Of a stretch of DNA of 64,000 bases, positions 21,501-29,541 are shown piece by piece (the stretch's first letter is position 1; every line of letters begins with the position of its first letter). The position numbers and the translations under genes were made by a program. This DNA comes from Candidatus Omnitrophota bacterium (lineage in GTDB: Bacteria; Omnitrophota; Gorgyraeia; 2-01-FULL-45-10). The notes under the pieces were generated by a model, which made no database searches, was not told the origin of the DNA, and saw only the letters and a program-made list of their open reading frames with translations. The stretch lies in the NCBI GenBank assembly GCA_903843285.1, contig CAIMPC010000073.1, positions 20,578 through 84,577 of the forward strand. The letters are read 5' to 3'.

Positions 21501-22379
21501 ATGATAAGGTCGATGACAGGCTTCGGTAAAGGCTCCGCAATATGTAAGAATGGCAGGGTTATCGTTGAGATAAAGACCGTAAACCATAAATATTTTGACG
21601 CCACGCTGAAGCTCCCGACGAATATAATGGCATTCGAAGACAAGATAAAGGAAATTTTGCAGAAGAATATCGTTCGCGGAAAGGTCAGCGTGAACATATC
21701 GTGTGACGGAAGATTATTGAAGGATGACAATTTTTCGATCAATAAAGATGTTGCAAAGATATATTACGCGCAGCTTATGCGGCTGAAAAAATTTCTGGAT
21801 TTAGGTGGCGATATTACCGTAAATGAGCTGGTTGCTCTGCCGGGAGTGCTTAACAACGATGCCGGAGACAGAAATGTAGCGAAGGCATGGCCGGTGGTGA
21901 AATCGGCCGTAGATAATGCATTGAAGCACCTAGTCATAGATAGGGCGAAAGAGGGTAAGGCTCTTTCTGCGGACTTATTATCCAGGACCAGGAAAATAAT
22001 AAAGATGCTCGGTGCGATAAAGCTTAGGGCACATCTCAATATCGATGAATATAAGAGGAGATTCGAAGACCGCGTTAAGTCGCTCACCGGAGGACGCAAT
22101 ATAGACATGGGAAGACTCGAGATGGAGGTTGCGATTTTTGCAAAGAATTGTGATATCTCGGAGGAGATAACGAGGCTTACCAATCATCTGGAGAATTTCA
22201 CTAAAACAATATCGTCTGGGAAAGAGGTTGGGAAGAAGCTTGACTTCATAGCGCAGGAACTTCATAGAGAGATCAACACTATCGGCTCGAAGGCGAGCGA
22301 TTTTAAGATAGCTAAGAACGTGATCGAGATAAAGAGCGAGATAGAAAAGATAAGAGAGCAGGCTAAGAACTTAGAGTGA
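21501..22379 (+). CDS. yicC: YicC family endoribonuclease
   Basis: MIRSMTGFG, EIKTVNH, DISEEITRL, GKKLDFIAQELHREINTIGSK. Confidence 0.93.
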   Translation: MIRSMTGFGKGSAICKNGRVIVEIKTVNHKYFDATLKLPTNIMAFEDKIKEILQKNIVRGKVSVNISCDGRLLKDDNFSINKDVAKIYYAQLMRLKKFLDLGGDITVNELVALPGVLNNDAGDRNVAKAWPVVKSAVDNALKHLVIDRAKEGKALSADLLSRTRKIIKMLGAIKLRAHLNIDEYKRRFEDRVKSLTGGRNIDMGRLEMEVAIFAKNCDISEEITRLTNHLENFTKTISSGKEVGKKLDFIAQELHREINTIGSKASDFKIAKNVIEIKSEIEKIREQAKNLE

Positions 22380-22975
22380 GAAGGAATGTCGGAAAATTGA
22401 GTAATGGGAAGGTGTTTGTGGTGTCAGCCCCATCGGGCTGTGGCAAGACCACGCTCTGCGATAAACTGCTAAGAGCCGGGTTCGCTTTGGCGAATTCTAT
22501 ATCGATGACTACCCGCAGTCCCAGGCCCGGAGAGAAGAGAGGAGTCGATTACCATTTTGTTTCGAGAGAGCACTTCCTCGAGTTAGTCAAGAAGGGCGCA
22601 TTTCTGGAGTACGAAGAGAATTTTGGCAATCTCTACGGCACCCCAACGGAATTCATAGAGGCCAATCTCGCCAAAGGAGCCAGCGTCCTCCTTAATGTAG
22701 ATGTAAAAGGCGCCATGAAAGTCCTCCGAGCGTATCCGGATAGAAGCGTCCTGATATTTGTATTGCCGCCATCGATAAAGGTACTTAAGGAGCGACTGCA
22801 TCAACGTAAATCTGATTCGCTGTCGGATATGGCCAGGAGATTGGCGTTGGCCAAGAAGGAAATATTATATAGCGATAAGTACGATTATAGAATAGTAAAT
22901 GATAAACTCGAAGACGCTTATAGAGAACTCAAGCGAATAGTAAAAAAAGAATTGGAGGATTCACATAATGCATAA
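22376..22975 (+). CDS. gmk: Guanylate kinase
   Basis: SAPSGCGKTT, TTRSPRPGE..GVDYHF, YGTP. Confidence 0.96.
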   Translation: MRRNVGKLSNGKVFVVSAPSGCGKTTLCDKLLRAGFALANSISMTTRSPRPGEKRGVDYHFVSREHFLELVKKGAFLEYEENFGNLYGTPTEFIEANLAKGASVLLNVDVKGAMKVLRAYPDRSVLIFVLPPSIKVLKERLHQRKSDSLSDMARRLALAKKEILYSDKYDYRIVNDKLEDAYRELKRIVKKELEDSHNA

Positions 22976-23171
22976 GGTAGACATCGCGCATTTATTTAAT
23001 CAGACAGGTAGTTCATATAAACTCGTTGTGCTTGCCGCCCGACGGGCGATCGAGTTAAGTGAGGGTGCTGCGAATCTCGTGGAGGCGCCGGCTGGCGCGA
23101 AGCCTATGAACGTCGCGATCGAGGAGATCTCGGAAGGCAAGATAACCTTTAAGGTTGACGCGGAGAAATGA
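22968..23171 (+). CDS. rpoZ: RNA polymerase omega subunit
   Basis: SYKLVVLAARRAIEL...KP..VAIEEI..GKI; follows gmk. Confidence 0.92.
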   Translation: MHKVDIAHLFNQTGSSYKLVVLAARRAIELSEGAANLVEAPAGAKPMNVAIEEISEGKITFKVDAEK

Positions 23172-23713
23172 AGACGGACAAGAAAACTATAATTCTCGGA
23201 ATCACCGGGTCGATTGCGGCATATAGGGCATGTGACATTATAAGTCTTCTCAGGAAAGACGGTTTCGATGTTCATGTACTGCTTACCAAAGAAGCTAAAG
23301 AGTTCGTCACCATATTGACACTGCAGACATTGTCGCAAAATAAAGTTATTGCGGATATGTTTGACAGTTCCGATAAGTGGAATCCTGTTCATACATCTTT
23401 GGCGGTTAAAGCCGACTTGATATTGGTAGCGCCGGCCACAGCGAATGTTATAGCCAAGCTCGCAGGCGGCTTATGCGATGATATATTGACATGCACTATA
23501 TTTGCCACAGAGGCGCCGGTACTCATAGCGCCCGCTATGAATGATAAAATGTATGAGCACTCCATAACGAAATATAATATTGCGAAGCTGAAAAAGGTAG
23601 GATATCGGTTTATAGGTCCGATAAAGGGTAGGCTTGCCTGCGGATGCGATGCGGTAGGTCACATATCCGGATCAGATGACATAGCGGCTGAAGTGAAGAG
23701 GCTCGTTAAGTGA
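23168..23713 (+). CDS. coaC: Phosphopantothenoylcysteine decarboxylase (stand-alone CoaC)
   Basis: LGITGSIAAY, VAPATANVIAK, APAMN, GRLACG. Confidence 0.92.
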   Translation: MKTDKKTIILGITGSIAAYRACDIISLLRKDGFDVHVLLTKEAKEFVTILTLQTLSQNKVIADMFDSSDKWNPVHTSLAVKADLILVAPATANVIAKLAGGLCDDILTCTIFATEAPVLIAPAMNDKMYEHSITKYNIAKLKKVGYRFIGPIKGRLACGCDAVGHISGSDDIAAEVKRLVK

Positions 23714-24366
23714 CTACTGCGGCAAAAAAAACTCCGGTAGTTCTGATAGCCGCAGGCCCTACGCGCGAGAAGTTAGACCCGGTGCGGTTCATTTCCAACT
23801 ATTCCACAGGAACGTTTGGTTATGAACTAGCCTATGAGGCAATAAGGCGAGGCGCTCATGTCATTCTTGTCAGCGGGCCCACGAATCTTAAGGCCCCGCA
23901 GGGAGTCAAGCTCATAGGTGTGGAGACAGCTCTCGAGATGAGAAGAGCGGTATTGGCGGAACTTAGAAAAGCCGATTATATAATAATGTCAGCGGCCGTC
24001 TGTGACTGGAGGCTCGAGAAAGTAGCGCCACGAAAGATTAAGCGCTCTTCAGGGAAGACAACCCTTCGATTAATAGAGAACCCCGACATATTAAGCGAGG
24101 TATGTGCTCATAAGGCACACAGGGTAGTTGTAGGATTTGCCCTCGAGACGGAAAATCTCGAAAAGAATGCCCTCAAAAAACTTTTCAGAAAGAATGCCGA
24201 CCTTATAGTGGCAAACGCCCTTAGGAAGCAATCACCCATATTTGGCGATAATAATGTGAACGTGGTCATTATAGACAGGTTTGGTAATAGGCTCAGGGTG
24301 CGCAATAGGTCTAAAAGAGACTTGTCCAAGATTATTCTTGACAAGGTATTAAGCTTTAATATATAG
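23710..24366 (+). CDS. coaB: Phosphopantothenate--cysteine ligase (stand-alone CoaB)
   Basis: AGPTREKLDPVRFISNYSTG, AAVCDW, NPDIL, VGFALET, IVAN. Confidence 0.92.
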   Translation: MTTAAKKTPVVLIAAGPTREKLDPVRFISNYSTGTFGYELAYEAIRRGAHVILVSGPTNLKAPQGVKLIGVETALEMRRAVLAELRKADYIIMSAAVCDWRLEKVAPRKIKRSSGKTTLRLIENPDILSEVCAHKAHRVVVGFALETENLEKNALKKLFRKNADLIVANALRKQSPIFGDNNVNVVIIDRFGNRLRVRNRSKRDLSKIILDKVLSFNI

Positions 24367-24385
24367 TTAAAATTTTGGGGATTAT

Positions 24386-24844
24386 ATGAGAAGCTCTATA
24401 TTTGCGCAACATCCTAATAATAAAGGAGTTACGATTATAGAACTTATTGTGGTGGCGCTGGCATTTTTACTAATGATTGCGGCGCTTACGCCATTTGTCC
24501 GTATGGCGCGTTTCAGGTCGCAAAGGTTTACTTGCGAGGACAATCTAAGGAAGATCAGCCTTGCCTTGCATCTGTACGCTGCGGAACATGGCGACAAATT
24601 TCCGACTAGCATAGGGGAATTATATCCGCAATACGTCGATAGTGAGAGAATTTTTGATTGTCCGGCCTCGAAAAAGAACGGCAATAAGAACGAACCTGAC
24701 TATAAGTATGTATTTGGTTTAACAGAATTATCGCCGCCGAGAGAGGCCATAGTCGAAGATATCGATGGAAACCATAAGCTCTCGGGTAAGAATATATTGA
24801 GAATTGACGGCGCTATCGAGTGGGTAGACTCTAAGAGGCGGTAG
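24386..24844 (+). CDS. Prepilin-type N-terminal cleavage/methylation protein (DUF1559/H-X9-DG-like)
   Basis: KG|VTIIELIVV class III signal; C..NLRKISLAL.LYA; FDCP; C-terminal H-X10-DG (HKLSGKNILRIDG). Confidence 0.8.
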   Translation: MRSSIFAQHPNNKGVTIIELIVVALAFLLMIAALTPFVRMARFRSQRFTCEDNLRKISLALHLYAAEHGDKFPTSIGELYPQYVDSERIFDCPASKKNGNKNEPDYKYVFGLTELSPPREAIVEDIDGNHKLSGKNILRIDGAIEWVDSKRR

Positions 24845-24859
24845 GGCAAAGTAATTCGC

Positions 24860-24934
24860 GGCGGCTTAGCCAAGCGGTAAGGCAGAGGTCTGCAAAACCT
24901 CTATTCTCCGGTTCGAATCCGGAAGCCGCCTCCA
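24860..24934 (+). tRNA. tRNA-Cys (GCA)
   Basis: GGCGGCT...GAGGT-CTGCAAA-ACCTC...GGTTCGAATCC...AGCCGCCTCCA. Confidence 0.97.
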
Positions 24935-25021
24935 GTTTTGTATTGATTCTCGATAGCAAAACTGTCCCATGAAGTCATAGCATTACAGTTGACGGAATTG
25001 GGACAATATATAATGTTTTAC

Positions 25022-25098
25022 GGGCAGTTAGCGCAGTTGGTTAGCGCACCACGTTGACATCGTGGGGGTCAGAGGTTCGAGTCCTCTACTGCCCACCA
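25022..25098 (+). tRNA. tRNA-Val (GAC)
   Basis: GGGCAGT...CCACG-TTGACAT-CGTGG...GGTTCGAGTCC...ACTGCCCACCA. Confidence 0.97.
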
Positions 25099-25178
25099 GT
25101 TCTTTGGTTTGACAGTAGTATGGTGATTAGCGCAGGAGGACGAGTCCTCTCATGGGAAGGCATGAGCGAGCCTAATGT

Positions 25179-25320
25179 GGGACTATTGCAAAATGACAAA
25201 TTCCACGTCATTCTGAACGAAGCCCAAAGGGCGAAGCGAAGAATCTATACGGTAAATAGATTCTTCGGTCGGCCGATGGCCTCCCTCAGAATGACGGAAG
25301 TTGCATTTCGCAAAAGTCCC
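25179..25320. repeat. 142-bp palindromic element (REP/RPE/MITE-like)
   Basis: GGGACTATTGCAAAATG...CATTTCGCAAAAGTCCC outer arms; inner GTCATTCTGA...GAAGAATCTAT...ATAGATTCTTC...TCAGAATGAC. Confidence 0.75.
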
Positions 25321-25369
25321 GAAGTAGCCGAGCCCAATATCTGTAGTTGCAAGTTGACACGGTATCATC

Positions 25370-25456
25370 GCCGGGATGGCGAAATTGGCAGACGCAAGGG
25401 ATTTAAAATCCCTCGGCCGCAAGGCCATGTGGGTTCGACCCCCTCTCCCGGCACCA
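25370..25456 (+). tRNA. tRNA-Leu (UAA)
   Basis: GCCGGGA...AGGGA-TTTAAAA-TCCCT, long variable arm GGCCGCAAGGCC, TCCCGGCACCA. Confidence 0.95.
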
Positions 25457-25508
25457 CCGTACCATTCACTTCGTTCGAGTACGGCGCACTTAAATAAGAG
25501 AAGGAATT

Positions 25509-27224
25509 ATGGATCTAAGCACATTAAGACATAGCACGTCGCATATTATGGCGCAGGCGGTTAAGGCATTATGGCCGGACGTGAAGCTTGGCATAGGGCC
25601 GTCGATCGAAGATGGCTTCTATTACGATTTTGAGAAGTCCGAACCGTTCGAGCCTCAAGACCTCGAGAAGATCGAAGAAAAAATGCACGAGATCATAAGC
25701 GCCGACTACAAGTTTGAACGCTCCGAGATGAAGAAGGAAGAAGCGATTAAATTATTCAAGAAGACGAATGAGAAATATAAGATTGAGTTAATAAACGAGA
25801 TTCCTGGGGAGACGGTCAGCATCTATAAGAACGGTAAATTCATCGATCTCTGCCGAGGGCCGCACATAGATTCCACCGGTCAGGTCAAATCGTTTAAGCT
25901 GTTATCTATTGCCGGCGCATACTGGCACGGCATCGAAACCAATCCCATGTTTCAGAGGATTTATGGCACGGCATTCGAGACCGAAGGGGACCTGGAGAAT
26001 TATCTGAATCTTATGGAGGAGGCCCGGAAGAGGGATCATAGGGTGCTTGGCAAACAGCTCGAGTATTTCAGTTTCCATGAGGAGATAGGGGCGGGGCTCG
26101 TCCTGTATCATCCTAAGGGCGCTATGCTCAGATATATCATCGAAGATTTTATTAGAAAAGAGCATTTGAAGCGCGGCTATCAACTGGTCGTTGGCCCACA
26201 CATAATGAAGAGCGACATATGGATAAAGTCAGGGCATTTCGGATATTATAAAGAGAATATGTACGTCTTTAAGATCGAAGGGCAGGACTATGCCATTAAG
26301 CCCATGAACTGCCCCGGCCATATACTCGTATATAAATCTAAGACGAGAAGCTATAGAGACCTCCCATTAAAATATTTCGAACTGGGGACCGTATATAGGA
26401 ACGAGAAATCCGGAGTATTGCATGGTTTATTGCGCGTGAGAGGCTTTACTCAGGATGATGCGCATATATTCTGCCTTAGGGAACAGGCCGAAGAGGAGAT
26501 AATAAAGGTCATAGACTTCGTTATGGACACACTGAATGTTTTTGGGTTCGAGGACTTTTCGGTAGAGTTGTCGACGAGGCCCGCGAAATCCATTGGCAAC
26601 GACGAAGACTGGGATGCCGCGCACCATGCGCTTTCTAACGCGCTTAAGAAGAAATACCTGCGATATAGTGTTAACGAAGGTGATGGCGCTTTCTACGGCC
26701 CCAAGATCGATATCAAATTAAAAGACGCCCTGAAACGCGAATGGCAATGCGCAACGATACAATGCGATTTTGCTTTGCCGGAACGCTTTGGCCTTACGTA
26801 TGTCGGTGAAGATGGAAAAGAATACCGTCCGATAATGCTTCACAGGGTCATTTTAGGATCGTTGGAACGCTTTACCGGAGCATTGCTCGAGCATTTCGGA
26901 GGAGCATTGCCGCTTTGGCTCGCACCGACGCAGGCTGTGATAATACCTGTATCGGAAAAATCTTTGAGTTACGCGAAGAAGGTTGAGAAGGCCTTAACGG
27001 AGAATGGCTGCCGGACGGAACTTGATTACAGGAACGAGAGACTGCAGAAGAAGATCCGTGATCACGAGATAGAGAAGGTGCCGTATATGCTTATCGTCGG
27101 TGAGAAAGAGGCCGCGGACGGTTCGCTCTCGGTGAGATCTAAGGCACAGGGTGAGATGGGGCGAGTTATGATGGACGATTTTATTCAGATGGTAAAAAAA
27201 GAGATACAGGAAAAGGTTAAGTAA
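25509..27224 (+). CDS. thrS: Threonine--tRNA ligase (lacks N-terminal TGS domain)
   Basis: LRHSTSH, DLCRGPH, KPMNCPGH, RVRGFTQDDAH, GAFYGPK, HRVILGSLERF. Confidence 0.97.
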   Translation: MDLSTLRHSTSHIMAQAVKALWPDVKLGIGPSIEDGFYYDFEKSEPFEPQDLEKIEEKMHEIISADYKFERSEMKKEEAIKLFKKTNEKYKIELINEIPGETVSIYKNGKFIDLCRGPHIDSTGQVKSFKLLSIAGAYWHGIETNPMFQRIYGTAFETEGDLENYLNLMEEARKRDHRVLGKQLEYFSFHEEIGAGLVLYHPKGAMLRYIIEDFIRKEHLKRGYQLVVGPHIMKSDIWIKSGHFGYYKENMYVFKIEGQDYAIKPMNCPGHILVYKSKTRSYRDLPLKYFELGTVYRNEKSGVLHGLLRVRGFTQDDAHIFCLREQAEEEIIKVIDFVMDTLNVFGFEDFSVELSTRPAKSIGNDEDWDAAHHALSNALKKKYLRYSVNEGDGAFYGPKIDIKLKDALKREWQCATIQCDFALPERFGLTYVGEDGKEYRPIMLHRVILGSLERFTGALLEHFGGALPLWLAPTQAVIIPVSEKSLSYAKKVEKALTENGCRTELDYRNERLQKKIRDHEIEKVPYMLIVGEKEAADGSLSVRSKAQGEMGRVMMDDFIQMVKKEIQEKVK

Positions 27225-27336
27225 CGAATCTCTTCGGGATAAGACCCGGAGTTGTTGACGAAATCCTCCGAAGCATCCGGTATCTTTACGGTTTACTGCG
27301 CAGGGGGATCAAATAGAAAGGGTAGGGTGATCGGGT

Positions 27337-27846
27337 ATCGCAAGACAAGACCTCAGAATTAATAACAGGATAAGAGCGAGAGAAGTCAGGGTGGTGGGCG
27401 AGGCCGGAGAACAACTGGGTGTAATGGCAACGCCGGACGCAATAAAATGCGCAGAGGAAGCAGGATTGGATCTGGTCGAATTAGCTCCGACCGCCGTGCC
27501 TCCCGTATGCAGAATAATAGACTACTCTAAATATAAATACGAGCAGGAGAAGAGAGAGAAAGAAGCCCGCAAAAAACAGCGCGTGATACATATAAAAGAG
27601 GTCAGGATGAGCCCGAAGATCGGCGAGCATGACTATCAGTTCAAGCTTCGCAATCTGGAGGATTTCTTGAAACGCGGTGATAAGGTTAAAGTTACGATGA
27701 TGTTTAAGGGGCGCGAAATGTCCCACATCAGCTTGGGAAGAAAGATCCTCGACAGGCTGGCCAGTGAAATATCGGCTGTTGGCGAGATAGAGGAGGCGCC
27801 GAGGTTAGAAGGGCGTATCATCGGAATGGTGATAAGGGCGAAGTGA
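27337..27846 (+). CDS. infC: Translation initiation factor IF-3 (inferred ATC start)
   Basis: In-frame extension (I)ARQDLRINNRIRAREVRVV bounded by TGA at 27328; SD AGGGTGA; LDLVELAP...PPVCRIIDY. Confidence 0.93.
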   Translation: MARQDLRINNRIRAREVRVVGEAGEQLGVMATPDAIKCAEEAGLDLVELAPTAVPPVCRIIDYSKYKYEQEKREKEARKKQRVIHIKEVRMSPKIGEHDYQFKLRNLEDFLKRGDKVKVTMMFKGREMSHISLGRKILDRLASEISAVGEIEEAPRLEGRIIGMVIRAK

Positions 27847-27935
27847 TTAATCGATAGCTAATAGTTGGTAGTTGATGGATCGATTTTCGATAACTATAAA
27901 CTATGAGCTTAAGAACTATTAACATGGGAGGCAAA

Positions 27936-28136
27936 ATGCCAAAGCTAAAGACAAATAAGAGCGCGAAGAAGAGGATAAGGATATCCAAGAAAGGCAAAGG
28001 CAAGCACTTCAGGGCGGGCCGGGGCCATCTCTTGATGATGAAGAAATCGAAAAGGAAAAGGCAGCTTGGAAGGCCTGCGTTCATTGCAGAAGGTGAGATG
28101 AAGAGTATAAAGAAGATGTTGCCTTACGGAGCATAA
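27936..28136 (+). CDS. rpmI: 50S ribosomal protein L35
   Basis: MPKLKTNKSAKKR...GHLL.KK..KRKR; GGAGG RBS. Confidence 0.95.
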   Translation: MPKLKTNKSAKKRIRISKKGKGKHFRAGRGHLLMMKKSKRKRQLGRPAFIAEGEMKSIKKMLPYGA

Positions 28137-28161
28137 CAGTAATTACCAGGAGGAATAACTA

Positions 28162-28509
28162 ATGCCAAAAGTCAAACATGCGGTTGCGACCAGGCGGCAC
28201 AGGAAAAGAGTTCTGAAAGCGGCCGAAGGTCAATACGGCGGCAGGTCGCGTTTTTACAGACGCGCAAAAGAATCAGTCGCTAAGGGAATGATGTACAGTT
28301 ATAGGGATCGTAAGGCCAAGAAGAGGAATTTCAGATCCCTCTGGGTAGTCAGGATAAACGCTGCTTGTAGAGAGAACGGTATAACATACTCGAAGTTTAT
28401 AGCCGGGCTTGCCAAGATAAAAGTTGTATTGGACAGGAAGGTCCTTGCCGATATAGCGGTTACCGATAAGAAGGTATTTGCTAAGCTGGTCGAGGCCGTA
28501 AAAGCATAG
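28162..28509 (+). CDS. rplT: 50S ribosomal protein L20
   Basis: YRDRKAKKRNFRSLWVVRINAA, YSKFI, LDRKVLA. Confidence 0.97.
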   Translation: MPKVKHAVATRRHRKRVLKAAEGQYGGRSRFYRRAKESVAKGMMYSYRDRKAKKRNFRSLWVVRINAACRENGITYSKFIAGLAKIKVVLDRKVLADIAVTDKKVFAKLVEAVKA

Positions 28510-28511
28510 AT

Positions 28512-29540
28512 ATGAAAGACCGTATAAAGGTTATCACCGAAGAGGCGCTGAAGGAGATAGGCGCCTGTCGGGCCGGTGAGGATACCGTAGAGGCCTTGAG
28601 GGTAAAATATCTTGGGCGTAAGGGTATAATTACGGAGTTGTTTAAACAGATAGGCTCTGTCCCCGCCGAAGATAAACCCGAGATCGGTAAGCTTATCAAT
28701 ATTCTGAAAGAGAGCGTTACTCGTTCCCTCGATGAGAAGTCCCTGCTTGTCCCGAGCGCCGAAGAAAAAGCCCCCCCGATAGACGTTACTCTGCCGGGTG
28801 AGAGCGGTCATATCGGCAGGATCCATCCGATCACCAGGACCATAGATGAGATAAATTCTCTATTTGTCTCTCTCGGTTTCAGGATAGTAGAGGGGCCGGA
28901 GATAGAGACCGAGCACTATAATTTCGAGACGCTGAATATTCCGCTCGAGCATCCATCCAGGGACGCCTTTGATACATTTTATGTATCGTTCGAAAAAAAG
29001 ACGCTTCTGCGTAGTCACACCTCTCCCGTCCAGACCCGCTTTATGGAAAAGAACAGGCCGCCTTTTGCCATAGTTGTTCCCGGGCGCGTATTCAGGCCGG
29101 ACGCTACGGATGCGTCACATTCATTTATGTTTCATCAGGTGGAAGGGCTTGTCGTAGGGCAGGACATTAAGTTCTCCGACCTAAAAGGCACGCTTACAAC
29201 TTTCGCAAGACAGATGTTTGGCAAGGAAGTGCGCATGCGTTTTCGCCCGAGCTTCTTTCCATTCACCGAACCGAGCGCCGAGGTGGACATATCATGCATA
29301 GTTTGCGGCGGTAAGGCGGGAGAAAAGCGCTGTTCGATGTGCGGCGGTAAGGGATGGCTTGAGATAATGGGAGCCGGCATGGTGAACCCAAAGGTCTTCG
29401 AAGCAGTCGGCTATAATCCGGAAAAGGTGACAGGATTTGCATTCGGGATGGGAGTTGAGCGCATAGCTATCCTGAAGTACGGAATAAATGATATACGCTT
29501 ATTTTTCGAAAACGATCTCCGGTTCCTAAGGCAATTTTAA
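28512..29540 (+). CDS. pheS: Phenylalanine--tRNA ligase alpha subunit
   Basis: HPSRD, LLRSHTSPVQ, FHQVEG, RPSFFPFTEP, CxxC..CxxC insert, GFAFGMGVER. Confidence 0.97.
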   Translation: MKDRIKVITEEALKEIGACRAGEDTVEALRVKYLGRKGIITELFKQIGSVPAEDKPEIGKLINILKESVTRSLDEKSLLVPSAEEKAPPIDVTLPGESGHIGRIHPITRTIDEINSLFVSLGFRIVEGPEIETEHYNFETLNIPLEHPSRDAFDTFYVSFEKKTLLRSHTSPVQTRFMEKNRPPFAIVVPGRVFRPDATDASHSFMFHQVEGLVVGQDIKFSDLKGTLTTFARQMFGKEVRMRFRPSFFPFTEPSAEVDISCIVCGGKAGEKRCSMCGGKGWLEIMGAGMVNPKVFEAVGYNPEKVTGFAFGMGVERIAILKYGINDIRLFFENDLRFLRQF

Positions 29541-29541
29541 T

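Noticed and set aside
25054-25497. 147-aa ORF and antisense 81-aa ORF
   Set aside because: They overlap tRNA genes and the palindromic element.
27225-27330. L20 leader RNA upstream of infC
   Set aside because: Hairpins are present, but I could not match the known motif by eye.
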